A stretch of DNA of 64,000 nt from contig AP026128.1 of NCBI GenBank assembly GCA_030295235.1, positions 310,001-374,000 of the forward strand, read 5' to 3'. The translations under genes were made by a program, and so were the position numbers. This DNA comes from Fistulifera solaris. Its lineage: Eukaryota. Under the pieces are notes generated by a model. That model had not been told where the DNA came from. It made no database searches and was given only the letters and a program-made list of their open reading frames with translations. This document shows positions 12,244 to 24,500 of the stretch, one piece after another (position 1 is the stretch's first letter; each line of letters starts with the position of its first letter).

Positions 12244-13013
12244 TTTAAGTAAATAGTTGGCAACTGAAGGTCACGGAAGTCTTTTTTGTTTCTATATTGT
12301 AATAGCAAGAAGATGGCAAAAAATAAAGCAAAAAGAAAAAGGAGTGCATGTCGTGCGAAACGACGATGAAGAAAAAAATTTTTTCTTCATGTTTCATGAA
12401 TGACTTTACTGCAGTCGTGCTAGAGCGTAGAACCAACATTTTTGACCTATAATAAAAAGGGTAAACAATGATCCGCAATGTTTTTTTTTTCATTTCAACA
12501 AATAATGAAGAAGAGAGTAGACTATTCCAAATGTCAATATTTTGATGAATGGAAGTAGCCTCAAAGTAGATTTATGCGGATAGAGAGAAATGACTTCTTA
12601 CCATTGCGGCTGCGAGAGACAAAAGCGAGCGATGGATTGTTTCGACTATCGATTGGTTTCAATGGAGCTGTGGCGAATATCCAACTATACTTTGGACTGC
12701 TGTGAACAATAACCATAGATATTGTAAATCATCGTGAGGAATAGTAGCAACGTAGCGAATTCGTGCCTTATCAACGTCACTGTTGTGAAAAGAAAAGAGC
12801 AAGGAAGACGTTAACTGTCTCATGACTGAAAATCAGTCTTGGCGAAAATCTCTATACATTTTGATACTATAATGAAATTATGAAAAGAATCGGACGTTCT
12901 TCATTGCATTTGTTATTTATAAAAACGTTGAGATTCTTGGTTATAAAATAATATTGATAGATTGCTTCTCTAAGCATCCATTAAAAGATGGCATGAACAG
13001 AACATCAGTTTGC

Positions 13014-13796
13014 TCATCCACAGACGCGGCAGAACAAACCGCAACGGTCTTCTTGGGCACGAGGGCCGCCGGTGGTGATCAGCGGATCGTAATCGTACAA
13101 GGCGGCACCTCCTTCGACTTCCTTGGGGAAACGAAAGACGAAAAGGGTCTTGCCGTTCTTGGTAACAACCTTGGGATATCCGTCGGGCATGGCGACATTT
13201 TCGCCGTCAATGTTGATCAATTCGGACATGATGACGGAAATACCTCCACCTAGGTCGTCTTCGGTAGGCTGGTCGTCCTTGCCCTTGAGTTCCACACCGA
13301 CATCAATGTGCGTCGCATTCCCGTCGGCGCACGGGTTGCACCAGTTCCAGTCAATGAGCTGGATGGCGAATTTGAAATCGCCTTCCACGACTTCCAAAGT
13401 CTCGTTGGTGCTCGTGGTGATGGTTCCATTCTCCTTGAAGATGTAGGTTTCGACTTTGATGGTACCGGCTTTGTACACGTCGGCGTCAAAGCTCAAGTAA
13501 TCGGCGGTGAGATTGGAGAAGACGACTTCTTGAATGTCCGAGTACGAGAACTGCTGGTTGGCAAACGTCTCGGTACTGTGCTTTTGTAGGGGAGAACCGG
13601 CTTTTCCGACCACGTTGTCGTTCTCATCGAGCTCGTACAAGTAATCCATGGTCATGGTGACACGGTCCGGATCACTCTTGCCGAGAGCGGCATCGTAAAT
13701 CATAATCTTACCACTCTGGCCGAGAACATCGACTTCAATTTCGGCGCTCGCGAACGCGGCCATGAGTGTGGAGAGGAAAGCGGAGCGAAAAAACAT
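13014..13796 (-). CDS. Secreted acidic protein resembling the coral skeletal aspartic acid-rich protein (SAARP/CARP4) family
   Basis: Signal peptide MFFRSAFLSTLMAAFASA; D/E-rich; ordered motifs GQSGKI, KHSTETF, YIFKENG, NET, KFAIQLIDWNWC, AMPDGYPK, FVFRFPK, YDP. The similarity is recalled from memory, not from a search. Confidence 0.65.
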   Translation of the reverse strand: MFFRSAFLSTLMAAFASAEIEVDVLGQSGKIMIYDAALGKSDPDRVTMTMDYLYELDENDNVVGKAGSPLQKHSTETFANQQFSYSDIQEVVFSNLTADYLSFDADVYKAGTIKVETYIFKENGTITTSTNETLEVVEGDFKFAIQLIDWNWCNPCADGNATHIDVGVELKGKDDQPTEDDLGGGISVIMSELINIDGENVAMPDGYPKVVTKNGKTLFVFRFPKEVEGGAALYDYDPLITTGGPRAQEDRCGLFCRVCG

Positions 13797-14250
13797 GGTT
13801 GATGTTGTGATTGCTGTTGTTTTGCGTTTCGCGCTTGTGGATGCTTATTTTATTGCGGGCTTATGAATTTATGACGACTATGCGGTTCGCAATCTTATGA
13901 GTGAATTGGTGTTGCGTAATTGGCACGTGGCCTTTGATCACGCTTCAAAGAATGGCCGTCAAAATGAAAGTCTTTTGCGAACTTGTCAAGACGTAAGTAT
14001 CTTGCGGGCAATAATGAGGAACACTTTTTCAAAATAAATGCAAAAAAGGGATTTTACTGAAACACGACACACAAAGTTTCAACGGAATATATGACATATT
14101 CGATTGTACATGACAAAGGAGAGGGCATAAATTCGGATTTCCGACTCCTTTTCGATAATAACGCCCCGAGATTTATGCTCAGTTAGACGGAGTACACAAA
14201 ACGTCATGACTTCAATCTCCACCATCGAAATCCAAAAAATTACTATCAGA

Positions 14251-15269
14251 TCAGAGTACTAATTGCGCGCACTGGCCGCATGTCTGTTGGTAATAAGCCG
14301 TGCGATTCTCGGCTGGAATAGCCTCATTCCCCTGTTCCCATGCCAAAGGGAAAAAAGTCCCATTGATGGCGCCTTCCAATCGAGCCGCAAACGCTTGGGT
14401 CCCATTCCATCGGCTGGCGTGACAGAACCACCGCTCACAAGGATCCCGTTCGATCCGATCGGCGTCTTCGTCGTCGGAGGCCGTTGGTTCTAAAAATGCC
14501 ATCCATCGTGCCAGACTTCAATCCAGTTGTGATTGCCATGTTCTGGAACGTTATTCCACGCGGCAGTCCCGGCCACGCGAGCGGGAACACCCACCGCCCG
14601 CAAAGCACTCGCGAATAGAATGGATAATCCCGTGCAACTGCCGTATCCATAGACCAAAACGGACATGGGATCAAAGATCAGTGGCGTCGATCCGGCCACA
14701 AAGGTAATGGAAGATGTTCCCGGGGCCGCCAATCGTTGCCACATGTACGTGTTCAGAATAAAAACGGCTTGTGTCAAAGAAGTAGTCTCCTCTTGAATGA
14801 GTGACGAGAGTTTTTGAAACAAATAAGGTCGCCAGTTACTCCGTGCTTCATTGAGATGCAAATAATTCAGGACGTATTCTTCCCATATTTCCCGGGGCAA
14901 TTCATCGGTGTAACGAAACAAGACTTTGGCTTGTAACGCGTATTCAATCGTCGGTCCAACCAATCCATCCGCGAGACCGTCCACCGCATTCGAATCGTTG
15001 GAAGTAAAACCCATGGTTTCACGAAACGGCCGATCGAACGTAAGAATGTGTTCTTCCAAATAGTCGTACGCATCCCGTCGAGCATGTTCAATCGTTTGCC
15101 ATTCGCAATATTCTTGTTGTTGTTGTAAATGACGTTCTTGGCGGGTCATCGTGACAGGACGTGGCCAAGCCACGTGAGTGGAATTGCTGCGGCAGCCGAC
15201 GATCGCCGGCACGAGCGGAGCGACTAAGAAAATGATAAATTGCGACACAAGTCCGAGTCGAATTATCAT
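14251..15269 (-). CDS. Secreted/membrane-anchored transglutaminase-like (TGc) cysteine enzyme; frameshift near 14492
   Basis: GYGSCTGLSILFASALRAVGVPARVAG...GNHNWIEVW (Cys-His catalytic pair); hydrophobic N-terminus; restoring one T in the T-run gives GWHFLEP and joins ORF 14251..14502. Confidence 0.8.
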
Positions 15270-15770
15270 TGCTCTTTTTATAAAAGGAAGCGAGTTCCTT
15301 GATGCTTTCGTCGTAATTCCTATGGATCGTTGATTGCGTTTCTTTGGTGTCCGTTTTTCTTCGCATGGTCGACCATTTTCGTTTTTGTTGTTCTGTTTTT
15401 TGAATGAGGCGCGGCAAAAACTGCGTACATTACAACCTATGGTGTATGAATGATGACGTCATAGTGTTGTCCGAGCGGTTCGATCACAAGACTGGATGCA
15501 GCGGCGCGCCAAAAAGAGACATTTTCGCACGGCGATGACGCGACGAGTGACCCGCACGCATTGCCTTCCAATCGAGCCTCGCATATGCGGGAAAACTATA
15601 GTATCCTGAAACACCACAATCTTCTTCTTTTCCTTTATCATTACTTACTAACGCTCTGAAGAGACGGATTCAACGTCGATGATGAGCTCTCCGACGCCAA
15701 AAAACGCGACCTGCCGACCACCACACTGTCGTCGTCCAGCAAAAGCCCAAAACACCCACATTGCAGAGCA

Positions 15771-17615
15771 ATGTCATTGACTCTACAAGGGTTGTTACAC
15801 GCCATGGAGACAAACAGGGAAGGAACGGACGCTGCCTTGGCGTTCCGTGTCGAAAGATGTCAATCGTTGTGGAATCAAGTTGCCGACGAATTGCTGCAGG
15901 TCGATCCAGAGCGGCATCAATCGTTGCACCAACGCGTCCAAAACGTCTGTCAGGACAGTCAGCCACCTTCCATTCCTCCGACCATTCAACGAATCTTTTT
16001 GGACTCATCAAGCAACACTACTCCGGCGATGGAAAGTGAACCGAACGATGGGAACGATGATAGTCAAGAGAACGACATTTTGGAGCCGCCAACCCGACCT
16101 TTCGTCGTCAATGTGGCCGAAATGCAAAAACAACAACAGGAACAAATGCAAGAAGCTGTCTCGCAAATGGCGTCGCAACTCAAACGAGAAACGGCCCGCA
16201 TCCATTCGACGTTGCAACAACAGACCGATCAACTGGACGAAATGGAAGATCTGGTGACCGAAAATGCCACGAAAGTCACGGATTTGACGAAAAATGTCCA
16301 AGAGCATGTTGCGAAAGGATGGAGAAAAACAATGGGGACATGGACCTTGTTGTTCACCGTGGCGGGAGCGTTTCTGTTCTGTATGGTGACGATATCCATG
16401 GTACCCAAACGAGAAGGGACGTGTTTGTTCTTTTGTGCGAAAACAGAGGATCAGTATTGTCGGATCTTACCGGGAGGACGTCAGGAATGTATACCGGTCG
16501 CGGAAATGAATGTTGGAAAACAACAAGCCAGCGAATCTTCGCTGGATGGTGAGTGCATGGAAAATCATAAGGAAACAAATCAGCGAGACGCACGATCGGC
16601 TGTCAATGTATTCGCCGAAGAGGCGGCCATCGATGAGATTGATCCAAATATTCCTTTTTACAATGGTCGACCCTTTTCGGGGAAAGAAATACGTAAAGCT
16701 GCCGCGAGTGGTGATTTGCGAGCCTTGTCGGCCATGTTAGAGATGAAGCCAGAATTCATAGATGCACAAGATTCGAATGGATGGTCGGCTTTGCATCTGG
16801 CGGCTCGATCCGGTCATGAAGAGGTTGTTCTGTACTTGTTAGAGCATGGATGTAATGCGGCATTGGAAACCAGCAACGGACGCAGTGCACTCGATATTGT
16901 CTACGGGAAGCATGGAGCGGATCATCCCGTAGCCAAATTGCTCGAGGAAGTGTTCGAAAGTCGTTCCACTCCTCCGCGGGAAACAGGCAAACAGCCACCA
17001 GCGGGGGACGACATTCGGAGCGCGGCCCAGACTGGAAATTTATCGCAACTGATGGAAATGCTCTTGGCTGCCCCCGATCTCATCGATGCACCAGATGATA
17101 ACGGCTGGGCGGCAATTCATCTTGCGGCGCGCGCGGGTCATATACCCGTCATTCAGTATTTGATCGAAGCAGGATGCCAAACACAAATCAAAACGAAGAG
17201 CGGTGAATCTGCACTATCGATCGCTCTTCGAGCGCTGGGCAGTGATCATGCTGTTGTGCACCTGCTAGCGGCACGTCCGGACGCCGAACCAATGGTCCAG
17301 GGACGAATTTTTACCGAGCATGATGTTCGTCTCGCTGCGCAGCAAGGGAATTTAGAGTTATTGAAAGAGATGGGTGCTATCAAGCGAGAATGGCTAGAAA
17401 GTCAAGATGAAAATAAATGGGCCGCAATTCATCAGGCAGCCCGCAGTGGGCACATGAAGGTTGTTGAGTATCTCCTTCAACAAAGATGTGATCCAAACAC
17501 GCTAACGAAAAGTGGCAGCACGGCGTTGGATATTGCTAGAAATCGTCATGGAGACGATCATCCTGTCGTCACCTTACTTATGGAGAGCCAACGATCCCAA
17601 CATACGGAATTGTGA
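15771..17615 (+). CDS. Use1-like Qc-SNARE with TM helix, fused to three ankyrin-repeat modules, ending in HTEL
   Basis: Coiled coil QEQMQEAVSQMASQLK...GW followed by TM WTLLFTVAGAFLFCMVTISMVPK; three DxNxWxAxHxAARxGH ankyrin units; C-terminal HTEL; single uninterrupted ORF. Confidence 0.72.
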   Translation: MSLTLQGLLHAMETNREGTDAALAFRVERCQSLWNQVADELLQVDPERHQSLHQRVQNVCQDSQPPSIPPTIQRIFLDSSSNTTPAMESEPNDGNDDSQENDILEPPTRPFVVNVAEMQKQQQEQMQEAVSQMASQLKRETARIHSTLQQQTDQLDEMEDLVTENATKVTDLTKNVQEHVAKGWRKTMGTWTLLFTVAGAFLFCMVTISMVPKREGTCLFFCAKTEDQYCRILPGGRQECIPVAEMNVGKQQASESSLDGECMENHKETNQRDARSAVNVFAEEAAIDEIDPNIPFYNGRPFSGKEIRKAAASGDLRALSAMLEMKPEFIDAQDSNGWSALHLAARSGHEEVVLYLLEHGCNAALETSNGRSALDIVYGKHGADHPVAKLLEEVFESRSTPPRETGKQPPAGDDIRSAAQTGNLSQLMEMLLAAPDLIDAPDDNGWAAIHLAARAGHIPVIQYLIEAGCQTQIKTKSGESALSIALRALGSDHAVVHLLAARPDAEPMVQGRIFTEHDVRLAAQQGNLELLKEMGAIKREWLESQDENKWAAIHQAARSGHMKVVEYLLQQRCDPNTLTKSGSTALDIARNRHGDDHPVVTLLMESQRSQHTEL

Positions 17616-17735
17616 ATGCAGTTTGTGATTAAGAGTTAATGTGACATATTAATAAACGGAACGGATATCAAGGGACAAGGTACTTGCAATTTCCGGCACT
17701 ACAAAAATAATACTCGTTGTTCATTTCCCAACGCG

Positions 17736-18224
17736 CTACGCGGTGGACAATGTTGTCACTTTGCGTTGTTCCGCGTTCCATCGGCGTCCCCCAACAACTT
17801 TGCCGGCGAGTAGCTTTTGCGCCACATTACACCGCAGGATTAAAATGTTGCCGTCGAGTTTATTGGGATGCAATAGTGTGTCCGCATTCTTTCTCCATAC
17901 GACCCAACGTCGACACGCCGGATGTCCGGGGGGTCCCGATCGAGCTCGATCTTGACCTTTCGTTTCTTTGTAGGCACATTTGAGGCAGCACGGTGGCTGT
18001 GCGTATCCCAACCGCGCAAAGAAGCACATTTCGACAAAAAGTTCCTGGAGTTGCTGTTCGTCAAAATCAACATCGCCATTCCATAAATCTTCTGGTTCCA
18101 GGATGCCATGTGACTTGTCACCGGCTCTAGCCGTATTCTTTGTTTCTTCATCTGAAAACTCGATTGGTAGCGTTTCGATTTGGTTGCTTCCCCAACTGAC
18201 ACGGCCTTTTTTTCGTCCACTCAT
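17736..18224 (-). CDS. Hypothetical Cys-containing protein
   Basis: 162-aa ATG ORF with conserved-looking ELFVEMCFFARLGYAQPPCCLKC and CRRWVVWR blocks. Confidence 0.6.
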   Translation of the reverse strand: MSGRKKGRVSWGSNQIETLPIEFSDEETKNTARAGDKSHGILEPEDLWNGDVDFDEQQLQELFVEMCFFARLGYAQPPCCLKCAYKETKGQDRARSGPPGHPACRRWVVWRKNADTLLHPNKLDGNILILRCNVAQKLLAGKVVGGRRWNAEQRKVTTLSTA

Positions 18225-18313
18225 GGTTGTTGTTTCGGCCGTGATTTCGCGATCGAATACTTTCCTTGTCTTACTGCGCTGGGTAAGGTCGTCCAGATAC
18301 GTACTGATTCTTT

Positions 18314-18985
18314 CTACGTAAAAAGTCGGATCTGTATCGTTTCAGAAGCTGTTGATAATGTTGGTAATCTTGTTGAGTTAGACGTCTTTGTTTTCGAAAA
18401 TCGTCCAGTCGCTGAAATAAGGCTAATACTTTCTGTTGATGCAGTAAACGGGGGTCTTCCTTCCAATTGGGTCGACTGGTGGTTGGTGTTTCGACGTGAA
18501 TGGGATCGCTTTGCTGATCTCCTGTGCCTTCCACCGGGTAATTTGCTTTTTTGAATGGAGGCCGACTTTACTGACTTGGAAGAAAACGACCTGGCAGTTG
18601 GTAGACGATAGATTGTTGATTTCGGCGTTCCTTCGGTGTATGAATGATCGGATGAACTGTTGTCACTGTCAAAACTGGATAGAACGTAAAGGTCCGATAT
18701 ATCCGAATAACTCTGGGCTGATTCTTCCGAATCAAAGGAAGATGCTAAAGTGCTGCTGTCTTGGATGACGAGTTCAAATCCGTCGGGACTTGGACGATGC
18801 ACAAAGGATTTATGGCGCACTTCCTTTGGCTCTTCTTTCGATGCCGCTTCTTCTTCAAGACTTTCCTCGACTTCTTGCAATCTCCGCTCTTTTCTCCTGA
18901 ACGGAACAATTATTCTTTTTACCAATGAACGACCTTCATGGACATCAAACGAGGGATGATGATTATTGCGGGTTTTCCAGATCAT
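18314..18985 (-). CDS. Hypothetical low-complexity Ser-rich protein
   Basis: 223-aa ATG ORF; the C-terminus may switch to frame 18271..18534. Confidence 0.45.
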   Translation of the reverse strand: MIWKTRNNHHPSFDVHEGRSLVKRIIVPFRRKERRLQEVEESLEEEAASKEEPKEVRHKSFVHRPSPDGFELVIQDSSTLASSFDSEESAQSYSDISDLYVLSSFDSDNSSSDHSYTEGTPKSTIYRLPTARSFSSKSVKSASIQKSKLPGGRHRRSAKRSHSRRNTNHQSTQLEGRPPFTASTESISLISATGRFSKTKTSNSTRLPTLSTASETIQIRLFT

Positions 18986-19352
18986 GTCGTTCCTTTTTTT
19001 TCAAACGGTCAATGCGAGCAAGGACAACCTTTCTCCATTTCCGTTGGCGATGCTGAAATACGAGATGGTAGCTTTCTATATAAGCTTTCTACAAGAATGT
19101 ATACTTTCCAAGAAAAATTTCAAATTTTCTATAGATGAATTTGAACGGACAATTTTCACGTTTCGCTAATATGGGTCAAAAGACCGTTCAATCTTGTGAA
19201 CGGATTTCATTTTCATACAAATGTGATCCGAATAGGGAAGTGGTTCGCATAATACTCGAATACATAGGCCCTTCCATCGTCGCTCTTCCATCGCGAACAG
19301 CGATGTTCGTCTAAGTGTCTTTCAGTATTAGGAACGACTTCTTGGTGGGAGA

Positions 19353-21399
19353 ATGGAATGGTTTTTCAAAAGGGCACACCCGACGGCGTCCCCATCATTT
19401 GGAAACAGCTTCAACAGAAGAAAGGCAACAAACACCGTCAACATGATTGTTGCCTCGCAGAAATCGCCTATGAAAGCTTCTCCAGTGCGGCTGGATGATG
19501 GAAAAGCATTCACGTTCGATGGAGGACACAATGCCGGAGGCTTTCCTCTGTCGGCCGAGTCGGATGTACGTATATAAGTTTGTTTACGAAAAGCAGGTCA
19601 CTCAAGTTCATCAATCTAATGTTCTGTATTCTTTCATCAAGGACTCGAAAATGGACAAGCGTCAGGTTGACGTCGGTCCCAATCTATCCGACAATTTGAG
19701 CGGTCTTTCGGCGGAAGAGAGAGAAGGCAGGTGGGTCGAAGATTGGGATCGCCAACAGGAACGAGACGCTCCTCCTCCCATTGCTCCAGCGGCCAGTGAT
19801 GCTTTGGAGAAAATTCGGGAAATGCGTCAAATTTTGGAGGCCGATCCGACGGTGAAAGAATCCTTGTCCAAGACGGAGAGTAGTATGACGCTATCGAAGA
19901 ATGACTCCTCCAATCCGGAGCTGTATCCGTATGTCTTTCGCAAAACATCGAGCAACGCTTTAGATGCCTTGCGCGCGGTACGAATGCAACTGGAAGCGAA
20001 CAAAGATGTCGCCAAGGCCGTCTCCGAAACTATGCATGGGACGTCTCCTCGGAAGGGTTTACCCCTCGTTCTCCTGCCAAACATTCGGCAGACCGCTCCT
20101 TTCCAAAAAGTAACGGCACTGATGTCTTGCAATCTTTACCGGAATCTTTGCCTGAATCGGCGCGTGACAAGGAGCATGACCAAGATGGTGAGGAAGAGGA
20201 GATTGCGGACGATCGAAGTGTTGCATCTCTGGTGGGTCCACCGCCACCTCCTCCGCCCATTGAACGTTCCGAAGGAAGCGTTCTCAAGGAAAAGCAGTCT
20301 GGTGCGCGTTCCGACTGAGCCCATGTCGCCATGTGCGGGTGGAAGTACTATTCGTGACGAGGAAAGGATCGCGAGTCCGCGTAATGTCGAAGAGCAAGGC
20401 ACTCTTGACCCTGAATTTGATGTATGCCCTCGGTCGAGTAAGCCAGGAAGAGGAAGACTATCGATTAAACGGATGTTCAAAAAGGGTGCGGCGAAACCGG
20501 AACCAGAGGCGCGGTTGTTATCTCCGGATCCTACTCCCAGTGAAGAGGGCAATCATCAACAATTGAACGCGGCGGACGACGAAGATCTTCAAGATCCATG
20601 TGTAGAGGTTGTTCTGAAAGGATATGTCGCTCCGGAAGAGATTGAAGAAACCAGCCATTCGAAAATCCGTCGCCGCGGCGTCAAAAGTCTTTTCAAGAAG
20701 TTGGGAAGGAAAAACAGGGCTGAAGCGCCTGACCCGAGTCCTGAGACGGTCAGTACAGAAGAAGAACCTACGAGTAGTGAAGTGGACAACGGAGAAAGTT
20801 CCCAGCGCCTTTTCTCGTCAGATTCTTTTATTAATGAGGGAGCGGTGAACATGGACAATCATAGGGTAGATGCTGTAGATGATGACGACTCTGTTGGACC
20901 AGCTCCTTATGGCGAATCCTCTGGTGTTGTGCATTGCAACAAGGTTGTAGAAGCCGACGAAGATCCTTTCCAAGAAATCATCAACAGACACAGGCCGACA
21001 TTTGCCCCTGCCGACCCGGAAACGATTGACACCTTCGACATTGTTAATGACCTGGATTTTGAATCTCGTAGGCTGGACATTGATGTTAGAGAAATCGAAC
21101 GTAAGATGAAGCAAAAACGTGCCACTGATGCGTCAAGTTCATCTTCGCGGGTTCCTGTGGCGTTGGCCGGAACAGCAGGTAAGAAAGTTGGGCATATGTC
21201 AGGTACAGCCAGTGTGAAATCATCTCGAACGACCAAGAACAGAACTAGCAAAAACCGTTCTACTCCCAACATGAAGCCGAAAAAGCCTGCGATCTACTAT
21301 AGCGGTAAACTTGCAGGAAATGCAGGAGCGACACAGAGAGGAGACCGAGGAAAGTATAGAGATGACAACATGTCGTTCACACGATGGCCTCAAGAATAA
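19353..21399 (+). CDS. Hypothetical disordered protein (intron at about 19566-19641; internal frameshifts)
   Basis: ATG exon MEWFFKR..., GTACGT...AAG intron, long charged ORFs 19495..21399 and 20127..20318 that alternate frames. Confidence 0.6.
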
Positions 21400-21569
21400 G
21401 CCCAAATACTCGACCTATGAACAAAAGCGAAATACCATGCATAGTCCTTACCTTCCCTATAGGGTGCAATAACTTCCTTCACAGATGAATAACTGGTCCT
21501 TAGTAAAATCAAATCAGTTAAACTATCACAATGTTACGTTGAGCATCAATGTATCTACTCCCTAAACAT

Positions 21570-24500
21570 TCAATCTCCTAGACACAACACATATACACGC
21601 CCAAGCCTTTCCAGCTCTTCGATTCCAGCTAATCCATCTGGCCCATCTCCTTGGTAGTCTCGTCCTCGTCCGGCTTTTGAACTGACCATGTGAAGCGTGG
21701 AAGCCAACAAATCGCGGGCCTCTTCACCAAGGAACTTCTTTAGAGTTGAGCGCAGAAAATCGAGCTCGTTGGCAAGACGATCGGCCTGCCGCACCCTTAA
21801 CTTCATGCGTCGCTTAGATATCTCATCACAAATACCCTCAATGACACCATTTGCAACGGTGTTCATCGCCAAGTGTTGATATTGTAGGTTAGCTGCCTTA
21901 CGTATCTTCTCCCCAACAGCTTGCTCGACTTGAGCGCGGCATCGCACGATAGCTAATAGCGATGCAGAAAGGTACGCGGGAAAAGCGTCTTCTTTGTCTT
22001 CTTCCTCTTTATCGAGCCATCCAACCTTAACGCTTTTCGAAACGGTGTGCTTGATACTGTCGAGATATTCGTCAAACATTACATTCTCGAGACCGGTGAT
22101 CTCCTCTCTCATTACTTCTTGTAAAGTATCGGTATTCGGTGTCAAAGGCATACTCTCGCGGACAACATCATCGAGACGATCGGCCAGCACATCAGCGCAT
22201 TCAGCCACAGCAATAAGTCGGGCCGCATCGCCTCTATCTCTAACGTATGAGGCTAGACCTTCACAACAGCGCCTGATGACAAGTTCGCAACCCTTCTCTA
22301 CCTCCGAAGCACACTGATCAGGTCTTGAAAGCTGTTCACTTAGGTTTTTCAGACACTGTGACAAAGTGTCTGTATCGAACTTGCCACTCCCGCTGGCGCG
22401 ATTCGAGCAAGCGCGAGCGCATACATCAAAAGCGTAGATGCAGCGACGTTTTTCAATTGTCACGACAGCACTATCACCCAACGACTTACAATCGTCGAGA
22501 AGGCTGAGCGTAAAGACGCTCGTAGTGTTGTTTTGAAGTGCGCGTGCACTGCCTGAGCTTTCGGAAAGGAGTGTGACGAGATCGGCCAATTCCTTGCCTA
22601 CCTTCGTGCTCTGAGAGGGTGGCAACGGCGATCTTATTAAAGCATGCAACTTCTCGTTCGCACTTTGCCCAAAAGTCATGCGAACATCCTTAGCACCACT
22701 CCTCGTATTGCTACCTATGGCACAGAATGTCGCGTGTTCAACAAGATTCTTCAAAGGTGGAGAGATATCACGGACAAAGACATCGAGAGCAGTCATATTT
22801 GCCGTCTTTGTACTGCTTCGGCCTTTCGCGGCTCGGCGTTTTTCCTCTTCCCGAGCTGCCTGAGCAACAGCCAACAACCGTGGCAACCAGCGTCGTGCTA
22901 AAGTGACTGCTTTCACTGTCGCCACGACGCGAGCATCAAGAACATCATACTTCCACTGGTTTCCTTTCTTCGCATCATCACTGTCATCAGCGAAAATACG
23001 TTGACAAGCTTCATCCGTATTATTGATAACTTGTTTCACTCCTTGAGAAAAGTACGCGGCTTGCAGCAAAAGGCAAGAGAGAGCGGGATGATAGTCTCGA
23101 ACCTGGATCTTAGTTCCTCCGATTTCAAAACACCCATCCAAAGTAGGATCAAGGTCGCTTTCCGATGATGGGGGCAATGTTGGAACGTCTAGTTCAAGCA
23201 AATCACTCAAATCCCGAATGCCACCCATAAGATCATCAATCGATACTGTGTCTTGAGCAAGACGCAACTCCAGATCACGTCTAGCTTCCAGCACACACTG
23301 CTCAGCTTGCTTCTTGACGTGGTTCAACAAAGCGATTTGGCAGTTATCACCAACCACAAGAACGCGACGAAAAGTCTTTAGAGCCTGTGAGTAGCGTCGA
23401 TTTTCCAAGTGCTGACGCATCAAAGAAGGAACTTGTAAAATTGGCGCTACGCGGTGCAAAAACAGAAATGGCACTTTGCACCTTGCGGACTTCAGACGTA
23501 TTATCAAGCAAGGGCTTGAAAGATTTTTTGGCCTGAAAAGCGCATGATTCTGCAATCGCTTCAAGCTTTCCGATTCGTTCGTGAACCCCCATTCCTACCT
23601 CGTTCTCACTGTTGCGTCGAAATTCCTCAAAACCTTCCGCGCATCGTACAAAGAGCGGAAAATTTTCTCTTACAAGATTTTGCAGCTGTTCGGCTTGATT
23701 TTCCGTCTTGCCTGTGGTGCAGTAAACGCAAATTGAAAGATTAGCAGTGTAACCGACGAGAAAAAGGAACGAAATGATACGTGCATACTTACTTGACAGA
23801 CGCCCCATTGAACCCATCAAAGCGTCGTAAGAAGTCTTCCGATGCACCAGAGTTAAAAAGAGAAGTGGATCGAATTTGGGATGCGACGGTAAAACCGAAT
23901 GTGTGGCATTCTGTGGGTTCTCCATCATTTCCAATCCCCCCATTCGTTCCACCAATGCCTCCAAACTCTCCTTCTGTGCGGCTGCCTTACGAACCAACTC
24001 CTCACTGCCAGCCGACTCGGCCTTTTGGATTTCTTCTTGTAAATCATGTAGAGCTTGCTCCATCTGCTCTGCCATATTAATTTCGACCTGTCGCAGGTCA
24101 AATTCTTGGTCGTTGATGAGACCGAGAGGATCTTTGCCGACCAGCTTATCTCTCACTTCCTCACGTTCGGCCGCTTCCTGGGCCGCATCTTGGGAATCGC
24201 GGACACTCTGATGCTGTCCCGCTCGATTCGCGGAAGCCGCCCAAGCGCGCTGTTCCCGAGCCAGTTGACTGTCTTCCCACCGAGCGGCAACCCCTTGTTT
24301 GGCACTGATCTCACCACGACCTTCCGCTTGCTTCAATTCCTTGCGTAAATTCTTCTGGCGTTTCCGAAATGCCGCCATAATGTCATCCGAGTCACCATAA
24401 TCCTGGTCACTACCTTCTGATCCATCGTCTTTGTCGTGATCGGACTCGGCGGCATCACTGTCGTCATCATAATCTTCCTGCACACCACCGCCGAGTGCTT

